This document shows positions 54,752 to 63,627 of a stretch of DNA of 64,000 nucleotides, one piece after another; position 1 is the first letter of the stretch, and the number at the start of each line of letters is the position of its first letter. The translations under genes and the position numbers were made by a program. The notes under the pieces are model-generated. The model saw nothing but the letters and a program-made list of their open reading frames with translations. It did no database searches and was not told where the DNA came from. Origin of the DNA: Acidobacteriota bacterium (GTDB lineage: Bacteria; Acidobacteriota; Thermoanaerobaculia; Thermoanaerobaculales; Sulfomarinibacteraceae); NCBI GenBank assembly GCA_022340665.1, contig JAJDNM010000043.1:29489-93488 (forward strand). The letters are read 5' to 3'.

Positions 54752-55722
54752 GCAAGCTCCTGAAGTTCGGTCCGCCGCTCCCAGCTGTGGAGGTCCCCAA
54801 GTCCTCCCTCGCTCCCGATTGGCAACAGGCCAGACCCCGAGCCATCAGTCGCTCCCTCCGGAGGGCGCTTGACCGGCCGCACGGCAATTGGTACGTGGTC
54901 GGCGAATCGCGCAGTTTTGGTGAGAAAGCACAGCGTCTCCGAATTGCGGGCGAGGACCTGGTCGGCTGGAGGGTCGACGGTGAGCTGCTAATCGCCCCGG
55001 ACGCGTGCCCCCACATGGGAGCATCCCTTTCGGACGGCCGAGTTCGGGAGGGCAGGCTGGTCTGCCCCTGGCACGCGCTGGCTCTGGGCAAGGAGGGGCA
55101 CGGAGACTGGAAGATGTTTGCCGTTCACGAAGACGGCGTCCTCAGCTGGGTTCGGATCGGTCCCGAAGTTCCCGGAACCCCACTTCCCATTCTCGCCCCT
55201 CGACCCGACATCCATCTCGAGGGGGTGATCCGGCTCGAGGCGCGGTGCGACCCCGAGGACATCATCGCCAACCGGCTCGACCCCTGGCACGGTGTCCACT
55301 TCCACCCGTACTCCTTCGCCGCGCTGACCGTCCTCGATCTCGATGATGACATCGTCAAAGTGCGGGTGGCCAAGAGGCTTCTCGGGCGCATCGTCGCAGA
55401 GACTGATGCGACCTTTCACAGTCCGGAACCGCGCTCGATCGTCATGACCATTGTCGAGGGCGAGGGCAAGGGCTCGGTGGTTGAAACGCACGCGACCCCC
55501 ATCGAACCGGGGCGCACTCTGGTCGTTGAAGCAACGCTCGCGACTTCGGATCGCGCGGGCTTTCGACACGCACGGAAGTTGCAACGCTTTATACGACCAT
55601 TCATCGAACGATCCGCTCGCCGCCTCTGGGTCGATGACGCCGCCTACGCGGAGCGACTATATGAACTCCGCAACCGCTCGACAGGGTCAAAGTCAGAACG
55701 CGGTGACGCGATCCATGGTTGA
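54748..55722 (+). CDS. Rieske [2Fe-2S] non-heme-iron oxygenase-like protein
   Basis: Rieske motif CPHMGASLSDG...LVCPWHA. A candidate mononuclear iron motif is NRLDPWHGVHFH (D-x2-H-x4-H). ATGA overlap with the upstream FAD gene. Confidence 0.75.
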   Translation: MSKLLKFGPPLPAVEVPKSSLAPDWQQARPRAISRSLRRALDRPHGNWYVVGESRSFGEKAQRLRIAGEDLVGWRVDGELLIAPDACPHMGASLSDGRVREGRLVCPWHALALGKEGHGDWKMFAVHEDGVLSWVRIGPEVPGTPLPILAPRPDIHLEGVIRLEARCDPEDIIANRLDPWHGVHFHPYSFAALTVLDLDDDIVKVRVAKRLLGRIVAETDATFHSPEPRSIVMTIVEGEGKGSVVETHATPIEPGRTLVVEATLATSDRAGFRHARKLQRFIRPFIERSARRLWVDDAAYAERLYELRNRSTGSKSERGDAIHG

Positions 55723-56649
55723 ACGCGTGTAGAACCGGGCGAGGTTTGCCAACTGGTTGCCCGACCGGCCCAAAGGCTCGAGGGCCGAAGCGGCCGACTC
55801 GACATAGCGGAAGACCTCCTGTCGAGTGCCGTCAGCGCCCAGCCGCGAGGCGAGAGTCGACTTCTGGTCGTCCTGGCCGGTGTCCTTACCGATGTCTTCC
55901 CGAGAACCGAAGGTGTCGAGAAGATCGTCGAGCAACTGAAAGGCGAGCCCCAGGTTGACACCGTACTCCCGCACCGCCTTGACCCATGCATCATCAACGC
56001 CGGCGACGAGCGCGCCCGCTTCCAAAGCTGCCACGAAGAGCGCACCGGTCTTCTGGCCATACATCTCGGTCAGACCGGCCAGATCATCGCCGTGGCCGTG
56101 GCGGATCTGCAAATCACAGAACTGACCGGCGATGATCCCGTTACTACCGACCGACTCCGACAGAAGACGAGTCAGGTCGAGGCGCGTCTGCGCCGACAGC
56201 AGATCACACTCGGCGATCACACCGAAGGCGCGGTTGAGCAGCGCGGTGGCGGCGAGAATCGCGGTGTCTTCGCCGTAGACCAGGTGGTTCGCCGATTGGC
56301 CGCGTCGCAGGCTGGCATCGTCCATACACGGAAGATCATCGAGAATCAGTGAGGCGGCATGAACCATCTCGACCGCGCACGCGACGTCGAGTGCTGCCTC
56401 CACGGAGGCACCGAGGTCGGTAGCCACCTGAATCGTGAGGACCGGACGGATCCGCTTGCCACCCGCGAGCAGGCTGTAGCGCATGGACTCGTGGAGCGGA
56501 CGTGGATCGGTGGACTCATCCGGGACGAGCTCCGCGAGGCGCTCGTTGATCCGGCCCCGCCAGAGGATACTGGCATCGCGTTGACCATCCTCCCGCGGGG
56601 CTAAACACAGCCTTCCATCGGAATCCAAACCCTCGATGCTGATACTCAT
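55693..56649 (-). CDS. crtE: polyprenyl (geranylgeranyl) diphosphate synthase
   Basis: Asp-rich motifs LILDDLPCMDD and FQLLDDLLD. It is convergent with the Rieske gene and the 3' ends overlap by 30 nt. Confidence 0.85.
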   Translation of the reverse strand: MSISIEGLDSDGRLCLAPREDGQRDASILWRGRINERLAELVPDESTDPRPLHESMRYSLLAGGKRIRPVLTIQVATDLGASVEAALDVACAVEMVHAASLILDDLPCMDDASLRRGQSANHLVYGEDTAILAATALLNRAFGVIAECDLLSAQTRLDLTRLLSESVGSNGIIAGQFCDLQIRHGHGDDLAGLTEMYGQKTGALFVAALEAGALVAGVDDAWVKAVREYGVNLGLAFQLLDDLLDTFGSREDIGKDTGQDDQKSTLASRLGADGTRQEVFRYVESAASALEPLGRSGNQLANLARFYTRSTMDRVTAF

Positions 56650-56905
56650 GACCTCAATACTCCCCGTTCCCGGAAGCTCACTAACCCTCGACGCTCAGAG
56701 GTATCTTTTGACGTTCGATGATGGCTAACCTCGTAGAAACCCTGAGCTATTCCGAAATTCAGCCAACATCGCGATGAGATTTCTCGAGATGATCAACTGT
56801 TGGGGATTCAGTTCTCAGGAAGGCAGCGGCCTTGATGGCGCCTGCCCACCGTGCTCGATTTCCCCGCGGCCGTTCCGTTTTGATTGGCACAAACCCGCAA
56901 GGCTT

Positions 56906-57256
56906 TTAGTCCAGGCGTGTTGATGCGAGAAATGTCACCGAGCTCACGGTCGCGCACAGCACCGTGCCCCAAACCAGGTCGACCAGAGCTACCTTCACGG
57001 GAAAGCCGTCCAGAGTGGCGAGGTTGGTGAGATCGTAGGCGGCGCAGGTGACAAGGCCGAACAGGGCTCCGAGAAGCACAGCGTGGGCGAAGCTCTCGCG
57101 TTCCATGGCCGGCAGGATGACGAGTACCACGAGACCAACCAGAAACAACAGATAAAAGGTGAAGGCGGCAGCCCAGTTGACACTGGGCTTCATGAGGTGG
57201 CCCATGTGCGTGTGGCAGAAACCTCGAGCGACCACTCCGAGCCAGACAAGATCCAC
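56906..57256 (-). CDS. DUF2177 family membrane protein, apparently lacking its normal N-terminal helix (start uncertain)
   Basis: VDLVWLGVVARGF....LGHLMKPSVNWAAAFTFYLLFLVGL...ALFGLVTCAAYDLTNLATLDGFP..VALVDLVWGTV matches DUF2177 as I recall it. The frame upstream of the GTG at 57256 is not membrane-like. See the TspO remnant. Confidence 0.5.
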   Translation of the reverse strand: MDLVWLGVVARGFCHTHMGHLMKPSVNWAAAFTFYLLFLVGLVVLVILPAMERESFAHAVLLGALFGLVTCAAYDLTNLATLDGFPVKVALVDLVWGTVLCATVSSVTFLASTRLD

Positions 57257-57393
57257 GACGGGGGTTTGAAGGACGGTTTGACCAGGGTCGGGTACCAGGT
57301 TGACACCGCCCGGGAGGTGGCGAGACCGGAGAGGCCGCCAACCACGATCGGCATCGCAACCGCGATGACCAGCTTCGCGAAATTGTTCATCAT
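57190..57393 (-). pseudogene. TspO/MBR (CrtK) N-terminal remnant (~48 codons), then out of frame with DUF2177
   Basis: MMNNFAKLVIAVAMPIVVGGLSGLATSRAVSTWYPTLVKPSFKPPSW is the TspO signature (WY..L.KP.F.PP.W). The expected continuation (F.PVW..LY...) is missing. The frame ends after 66 codons, and the DUF2177 reading frame takes over at the same nucleotides. Confidence 0.5.
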
Positions 57394-57572
57394 GGACTCC
57401 CGGTCGATGATACCCGAGTCCTGGGACGCGCCAACTCGCGCCGAGGGTCCACCGCAAATAGGGCGCACAGCAGGAGTCTCCATTCGCAGCGCTCATCACG
57501 AAAACCGCCGAGGCCGGCCCAATCTTGTTATCGGCCATCGTGACCAAAAAAGGCCTTCCAGAGCCTCGCCAC

Positions 57573-58442
57573 TCAATCCGCGGTCGTCTGCCGACCCTCT
57601 GCCGCAGGTCTCAGACTCGGAAGAAAGGCTGGAGTCGATCGAATGTACTCGGCATATCCCGGTCGTCGTTCGATGAGCGCCGCATCGAGCATGGCCACCC
57701 CCGACACCTTGATCAGCAGGAAGGTGATAAGCAGGGGACCGACCAGAGCGAGCCACCCTCCTGTCGGCAACGCGAGCAATCCGATTCCCCACCAGAGAAC
57801 CGCCTCACCGAAGTAGTTCGGGTGGCGGCTTCGCGACCAGAGACCGGCCTGCAACACCTTCCCTCTGTTGCTCGGGTCTTTTTTGAACCGAGCGAGCTGG
57901 CGGTCGGCCATGGTCTCGACCGCGAAGCCGATGACAAAGAGGGCGATTCCCACGCCGTCAAAGACGGTCAGCTCTGCCCCAGGACCAGGTTGCTGGGCCA
58001 GGAGGAGGGGTGATGAAACGATCCAGAGCAGCACTGCCTGGAGCAGAAAAACCTTGAAGTATGAGATCCACCAGAAGGAGGATCCGGCCTCTTCGCGCCA
58101 TTTCCGATATCGGTAATCCTCGCCCGTTCCGGCGTTGCGAATGCCGATGTGCAGCGCAAGCCGTGCGGCCCAGAGAGTCGCCAGCCCGACGACGAGGAGG
58201 CCGCGGGTGGTGGGATCGCCCGGGAGACTCAGTAGGGAGGTAACTCCAACCAGCACAAACCCCGGACCCCAGAAAATGTCGACGATGCTGGCGTTGCCGA
58301 TGACCAGGCTCACCATCCAGAGCACGGTGAAGGCGACCAACAGGAGCAATAAAGAGTTCATGAAGGGAAGGCCGCTCGCCAGCAGGAGGACGGCGCCCAC
58401 GCCTGTAGCGAGAACGAAAAAGATGGTCGTGCTTGGGCTCAT
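57573..58442 (-). CDS. DUF1295 (steroid 5-alpha-reductase/ICMT-like) membrane protein
   Basis: IVDIFWGPGF, GEDYRYRKW, and RHPNYFGEAVLWWG. Start MSPSTTIFF (ATG 58442) is preceded by GAGGGAG. Confidence 0.75.
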   Translation of the reverse strand: MSPSTTIFFVLATGVGAVLLLASGLPFMNSLLLLLVAFTVLWMVSLVIGNASIVDIFWGPGFVLVGVTSLLSLPGDPTTRGLLVVGLATLWAARLALHIGIRNAGTGEDYRYRKWREEAGSSFWWISYFKVFLLQAVLLWIVSSPLLLAQQPGPGAELTVFDGVGIALFVIGFAVETMADRQLARFKKDPSNRGKVLQAGLWSRSRHPNYFGEAVLWWGIGLLALPTGGWLALVGPLLITFLLIKVSGVAMLDAALIERRPGYAEYIRSTPAFLPSLRPAAEGRQTTAD

Positions 58443-58691
58443 GGGCAGCTCCCTCATCGTCTCCAAGGGTGACGGAATCGATAACCGCTTTCGGTACAGC
58501 GAAAAATGGCACCGTGCTATTTCCAAACCAACCGGCTCGAGGGCACACGTCGGCTCAAATATATTCTCCTTGACTCGCCATTGAGCTTCTCTCTATTTTT
58601 GTGTGGAATTCGCGTCAGCTGAAAATGATTCTGCAGGTGAGAGAACTGGCCGCGTGACCAGCGCGTCGGGCGGTCTGTGATGGGGTCAACG

Positions 58692-59939
58692 ATGAAGGTC
58701 GCCGTGGTCGGCAGCGGAATTTCCGGATTGGGGGCAGCGTGGCTGCTTAGCCGCCGGTACGAAATTCGACTATTCGAACAGCGGTCGCGACTGGGGGGTC
58801 ACACGCACACCGTGGTGCACGACGCCGACGGCCGAGGCCTTCCCCTCGACACCGGATTCATCGTCTACAACGAGAAGACCTACCCCCTCCTCACCCGGCT
58901 CTTCAATGAGCTGTCGGTCGAGACCCAGTCGAGCGACATGTCCTTCTCGGTGAGCTGCGCCGACCCGGACATCGAATACGCATCACACAGCCTGGGGGGG
59001 CTCTTTGCCAATCGATCTCTGGTCCTGTCGCCCACCCATCTGAGGATGCTCTTCGATATTGTCCGCTTCGGCCGACGGGGCCGGCAGATTCTCGCCGGGA
59101 CCGGAGATCCAGGGGTCACGATCGCCCAGTTTCTTTCCGCAGGACGATTCTCTCGGACCTTCACCACCTATTACCTGATGCCCATGGTCTCGGCAATCTG
59201 GTCCTCGGGGACTGAGGCCGCGGCTGACTACCCGAGAGATCCCCTGCTGCGATTCCTCGACAACCATGGCCTGCTCCAGGTCTCCGGGCAGCCCGAGTGG
59301 CGCACGGTGGTCGGCGGCAGCAGCAGTTACGTCGGGCCAATGACCAGACAATTTCGCGATCGCATCCTCCTCGGCCAAGGGGTGGAGAAGGTCATCCGCA
59401 GTGCCGACGGTGTGGAGATCATCCTCGACGACGACTCGAGACATGGCTTCGATCACGTGGTGATCGCCGCTCACGCCGATCAGGCGTTGGCGATGCTTGC
59501 CGAGCCGTCGGCGGAGGAGGTCGAACTTCTCGGCCGGTGGCGATACTCGGTCAACAGCACCTGGCTCCACACCGACACGGCCTTGATGCCACGGCGGCGG
59601 GCAGCCTGGGCGTCGTGGAACTACCTCATGTCCGATGCGAGTCGGGAGAGTGCGTCCTTGACCTACCACCTCAACCGGCTGCAGAGGCTCGACCAAGACC
59701 GCGAGTACCTGGTCTCACTCAACCCGGAAGCCGAACCGGTTTCCGAGTCCGTGATTCGCCGCATGTCCTACAGGCATCCGATCTTCACCCGCCAAAGCGT
59801 GGAGACCCAGAGCGAACTGCCGCGGATCAACGGTCGGAATCGGACCCATTTCTGCGGTGCGTACTTCGGTAACGGCTTTCACGAGGACGGATTGGCGTCG
59901 GCCGTCGCGGTCGCCGACGATCTCGGCGTGGCTTTCTGA
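58692..59939 (+). CDS. NAD/FAD-binding amine-oxidase-like oxidoreductase (UfaD-like)
   Basis: MKVAVVGSGISGLGAAWLLSRRYEIRLFEQRSRLGGHTHTV. This is the family that typically precedes DUF1365 and CFA-synthase genes. Confidence 0.8.
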   Translation: MKVAVVGSGISGLGAAWLLSRRYEIRLFEQRSRLGGHTHTVVHDADGRGLPLDTGFIVYNEKTYPLLTRLFNELSVETQSSDMSFSVSCADPDIEYASHSLGGLFANRSLVLSPTHLRMLFDIVRFGRRGRQILAGTGDPGVTIAQFLSAGRFSRTFTTYYLMPMVSAIWSSGTEAAADYPRDPLLRFLDNHGLLQVSGQPEWRTVVGGSSSYVGPMTRQFRDRILLGQGVEKVIRSADGVEIILDDDSRHGFDHVVIAAHADQALAMLAEPSAEEVELLGRWRYSVNSTWLHTDTALMPRRRAAWASWNYLMSDASRESASLTYHLNRLQRLDQDREYLVSLNPEAEPVSESVIRRMSYRHPIFTRQSVETQSELPRINGRNRTHFCGAYFGNGFHEDGLASAVAVADDLGVAF

Positions 59940-60700
59940 TGCCGGAGTCGGCACTCTTCCTGGGGCGAGTCCGACATCGGCGGACGGGCAATCCCGAACA
60001 CGAGTTCGCGTATCCCGTGTGGTACGCGCTCGTGGATTTGGACGATCTCGAGAGGCTCGATCGGAAACTGAGGTTCTTTTCGCACAACCGGTTCAACCTG
60101 ACCGGTTTTGACGATCGTGATCACATGGGTCCGGAGCTGAAGCCAGTCCGCGAGAAGCTCCAATCCTGGCTTCGACACCGAGGCGTTGAGCACGAACTCG
60201 GACGCATCGAGCTTCTCACCCACTTGAGAATCCTGGGTCAGGTCTTCAACCCGGTGTCGTTCTATTTCATCCGCGACACCGAGCAGAGACTGCTCCACGC
60301 CGTGGCCGAGGTCAACAACACCTTTGGCGAGACCTACTGCTATCTCCTCGCTGCCGACGGCTCCCGCGTCCGCCACGAGGCTGACAAGGTCTTCCACGTG
60401 TCGCCGTTCCAGCCCGTCGATGGCCGGTATCGGTTCCGAATCAACGAGCCGGGGAAGCGATTGACTGCACACATCGACGTCCTGAGAGACGGCGAGCGGG
60501 TCTTCGACTCGACTCTTTCCGTGATGCGCCGCGAGCTGAACTCGAGCTCGCTGATCAGGACTGTCGCGCGCCATCCCCACTTGAGCCTGCGGACCCTGGC
60601 CCTCATCCACTACCAGGCGGTTCGGCTGTGGCTCAAGAAAGCGCCCTTCTTTTCCAAGCCGGAGGCCCCAGCAGGCGCATGGAGGACCCGTCATGGCTGA
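59939..60700 (+). CDS. DUF1365 family protein (UfaO-like)
   Basis: LFLGRVRHRRTGNPEHEFAYPVWYALVDLDDL is the DUF1365 N-terminal signature. TGATG overlap with the upstream gene. Confidence 0.85.
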   Translation: MPESALFLGRVRHRRTGNPEHEFAYPVWYALVDLDDLERLDRKLRFFSHNRFNLTGFDDRDHMGPELKPVREKLQSWLRHRGVEHELGRIELLTHLRILGQVFNPVSFYFIRDTEQRLLHAVAEVNNTFGETYCYLLAADGSRVRHEADKVFHVSPFQPVDGRYRFRINEPGKRLTAHIDVLRDGERVFDSTLSVMRRELNSSSLIRTVARHPHLSLRTLALIHYQAVRLWLKKAPFFSKPEAPAGAWRTRHG

Positions 60701-61997
60701 TTTTTCACACCAACGTGAGCTGGCAGAAACCGCAGATGCCGGGGCATTCGTCGGAGCTTCCGATGCTGCAGTGGAAATCCGCCGTACGGAGCGACGCTCA
60801 CTGCCGCTGGCCGCGCGGATCGTGCTGGCCCGCCTTGCACGAATCCGGCGGGGCCACCTGATCGTCCGGCTGCCGGATGGATCGCGCCACACCTTTGGCG
60901 GTGGCGACGGCGGGGCCGCAGAGGTGGTGGAGCTCGATATTCACCGCTGGCGGTTTTTCTCGAGGCTGCTACGTCGTGCAGATGTTGGTGCCGGAGAGGC
61001 CTTTGTCGACGGAGATTGGTCGACCTCGAATCTGGTGCAGTTGACCCGTCTTTTCCTACGGAATGAAACCGAGCTCGCGCCGGCCAATGTTCTCGGAGCG
61101 ATCGGCCGTTTCCGTGATCGGTTGGCCCACCTCCTGAGAAGCAACACGCGAGCCCAGGCGCGCCGCAACATCCACGCACACTATGATCTTTCCAATCATT
61201 TCTACACGCTCTTCCTCGACCCATCCATGACCTATTCGTCGGCCCTTTTCGACCGCCCCGGCCTCGGCCTGGAGGCGGCACAGCGCCGAAAGTACCGGCG
61301 GCTCGCCGCCTGGGCCGGTCTTCAGCCCGGACACGACGTGCTCGAGATCGGCTGCGGCTGGGGCGGCTTCGCCGAGTACGCGGCCGGTGAACTCGGTTGT
61401 CGTGTCACTGCCATCACCCTCTCGGAAGAACAGGCATCCTTCGCGCGCCGCCGGATGATCGCTGCGGGGCTCAGTGACCGCGTTCAGATCGAAGTCGAAG
61501 ACTACCGAGATGTCGGCGGCGAGTACGATGCGGTGATCTCGATCGAAATGCTCGAAGCGGTTGGTCACCAGTTTCTTGACGGTTATTTCGGGGCCTGTGA
61601 CCGTGTTCTGCGGCCGGGCGGTCGAATGGTGCTGCAGACCATCACCATCCCCGACCAGGTTTACGACCGGTATCGACGCGGCACCGATTGGATCCGTGCC
61701 TACATTTTCCCAGGCGGTCACCTGCCGTCGCTCGGAGCGATCCAGGACTCGCTCGGTAGGAAGACCGGGTTCGTCATCGATCGGCTGGACAACATGGCTC
61801 ACCATTACGCGACCACCCTGAAGCACTGGCGTGCGCGATTCCAGTCACAGGAGGAACGGGTGCGAGCGCTCGGGTTCGACGACCGTTTCATGCGGATGTG
61901 GGATTTCTACCTGGCAACCTGCGAAGCGGCCTTCCGCGACCGACAGATCGGTGTGCTCCAGCTATCTCTGACCCGTAGCGGTCAGCGCGGACGATGA
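60693..61997 (+). CDS. cyclopropane-fatty-acyl-phospholipid synthase family SAM-dependent methyltransferase
   Basis: HYDLSNHFYTLFLDPSMTYSSALF and the SAM motif VLEIGCGWGGFA. 434 aa. Confidence 0.85.
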   Translation: MADFSHQRELAETADAGAFVGASDAAVEIRRTERRSLPLAARIVLARLARIRRGHLIVRLPDGSRHTFGGGDGGAAEVVELDIHRWRFFSRLLRRADVGAGEAFVDGDWSTSNLVQLTRLFLRNETELAPANVLGAIGRFRDRLAHLLRSNTRAQARRNIHAHYDLSNHFYTLFLDPSMTYSSALFDRPGLGLEAAQRRKYRRLAAWAGLQPGHDVLEIGCGWGGFAEYAAGELGCRVTAITLSEEQASFARRRMIAAGLSDRVQIEVEDYRDVGGEYDAVISIEMLEAVGHQFLDGYFGACDRVLRPGGRMVLQTITIPDQVYDRYRRGTDWIRAYIFPGGHLPSLGAIQDSLGRKTGFVIDRLDNMAHHYATTLKHWRARFQSQEERVRALGFDDRFMRMWDFYLATCEAAFRDRQIGVLQLSLTRSGQRGR

Positions 61998-63040
61998 GGT
62001 GGGCTATCGAACTCGCCGAACGGCGGATGTTGCCGGATCCTGTGGTCCGGGTGGGAATGCGTCGTTTGCTCCGTCAGCGGCTGCAGCAGGAACGGCGCAA
62101 GCGCGGCGGCAGTCACGGTGCGAGTGCTCAGGCATTCGCCGATGAGATGCGGTCGGAGCCGGTGGCCGTGGCCACCGCCGACGCCAACGAACAGCACTAT
62201 GAGTTGCCACCCGAGTTTTTCTCCGCCGTGCTCGGGCCGTACCTCAAGTACTCGAGCTGTTTCTGGAGCGAAGGTGTTCAGAGCCTCGCCGATGCCGAAA
62301 AGCGTATGCTCGAGCTGACCTGCGAGCGCGCTGGCGTCGCGAACGGAATGGATGTTCTCGATCTGGGCTGCGGCTGGGGTTCGTTCTCGGTTTGGGTCGG
62401 ACGCCACTTTCCCCGCTGCCGCGTGCTCGCGGTGTCCAACTCGCGCGCCCAGGCCGAGTTCATCCGCGCTCGGTGCGCGTCCGAGGGCCTGGATCGGATC
62501 GAGGTCGTCACCGCCGACATGAACGATTTCGGCACTGAACGGAAGTTCGACCGGGTGGTATCGGTGGAGATGTTCGAGCACATGCGGAACTGGGCGAAGC
62601 TCTTCGAGCGGGTGGCCGGGTGGTTGCGGCCCGAGGGCGCCTTCTTCCAGCACGTCTTCTGCCACCGGCGCTACGCCTACCTTTACAGTGATGAAGGATC
62701 GGGAGACTGGATGGCGCGCCACTTTTTCACCGGCGGCATCATGCCATCGCAGGACCTTCCCCTGCGATACGCCGATCACCTCGAGGTGGTCGATCAGTGG
62801 CGCGTCAGCGGTCTCCACTACAGCCTGACATTGGAGGCGTGGCTGGAGGAGATGGACCGCAATCGAGCACGTCTTCTACCGATTTTCGCTCGAACCTATG
62901 GCGAAGACACCGAGCGTTGGTTCGCTCGTTGGCGGATGTTCTTCATGGCATGTTCCGAGCTCTTCAGGTACGGTGACGGCAGGGAGTGGTGTGTTGCCCA
63001 CACTCTGATGCGGCCGCGGGATGGTGTGGCCGGAAAATGA
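61994..63040 (+). CDS. second CFA-synthase/mycolic-acid-cyclopropane-synthase family methyltransferase
   Basis: ANEQHYELPPEFFSAVLGPYLKYSSCFW and VLDLGCGWGSFS. 348 aa, with a 4-nt overlap to the upstream gene. Confidence 0.85.
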   Translation: MRWAIELAERRMLPDPVVRVGMRRLLRQRLQQERRKRGGSHGASAQAFADEMRSEPVAVATADANEQHYELPPEFFSAVLGPYLKYSSCFWSEGVQSLADAEKRMLELTCERAGVANGMDVLDLGCGWGSFSVWVGRHFPRCRVLAVSNSRAQAEFIRARCASEGLDRIEVVTADMNDFGTERKFDRVVSVEMFEHMRNWAKLFERVAGWLRPEGAFFQHVFCHRRYAYLYSDEGSGDWMARHFFTGGIMPSQDLPLRYADHLEVVDQWRVSGLHYSLTLEAWLEEMDRNRARLLPIFARTYGEDTERWFARWRMFFMACSELFRYGDGREWCVAHTLMRPRDGVAGK

Positions 63041-63627
63041 TGCGACGCGGATTATTGGTGCTGGTGCTATTTGCGATTTCGGCGACACCCGGAGCCGAAT
63101 CCCGGGAGAACGAATTCATGACGATCATTGACTTTTCTCGAGGAGACGTGACCTGGCCGCACATCAACGACGGGGTGATGGGCGGTATCTCGTCGGGCGG
63201 GATGTCCGCAGCCGAAGGCTACGCCACTTTTCAAGGCACGGTGTCCTTCGAGAACAACGGCGGGTTCTCCTCCGTTCGCTCGCAGGCCGTGGTGCACGAT
63301 CTCTCGGCTTTCGAGGGTCTTGTTCTCCGGGTTCGAGGCGACGGCAAGCGTTACGGATTTCGGCTCAAAACCGACGCTTCGTTCGACGGTGTCAGCTATC
63401 AGTTCCAGATCCAACCGCCAGCGGGGCAATGGACCGAAATCTCCGCCCCCTTCATCGACTTCATTCCTGTGTATCGCGGCCGGCTGGTCCGGAATCATCC
63501 GTCACTCGATCCGAGCCGGATCACGACCTTCGGTCTGATCATCAGCCGACAGGACGGCCCGTTTCGCATCGACATCGAGTCCGTTAGGGCCTATCCGTCG
63601 GACCACGATCAGGAAACCATGCGGTGA
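63037..63627 (+). CDS. CIA30 (complex I intermediate-associated protein 30-like) domain protein with signal peptide
   Basis: MMRRGLLVLVLFAISATPGAES, then NDGVMGGISSG...FQGTVSFENNGGFSSVRS...LRVRGDGKRYGFRL. ATGA overlap with the upstream gene. Confidence 0.72.
   Translation: MMRRGLLVLVLFAISATPGAESRENEFMTIIDFSRGDVTWPHINDGVMGGISSGGMSAAEGYATFQGTVSFENNGGFSSVRSQAVVHDLSAFEGLVLRVRGDGKRYGFRLKTDASFDGVSYQFQIQPPAGQWTEISAPFIDFIPVYRGRLVRNHPSLDPSRITTFGLIISRQDGPFRIDIESVRAYPSDHDQETMR

Noticed and set aside
58570-58599. TTGACT-18-TATTTT as a promoter of the FAD/DUF1365 operon, and GGAAT/TGATC-type ECF (RpoE-ChrR-like) promoter motifs in 58443-58691 and 46790-46830.
   Set aside because: The sigma70-like match is weak, and the ECF-like matches have wrong spacing or lack a matching -10 element. 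This is not strong enough to list as a feature.
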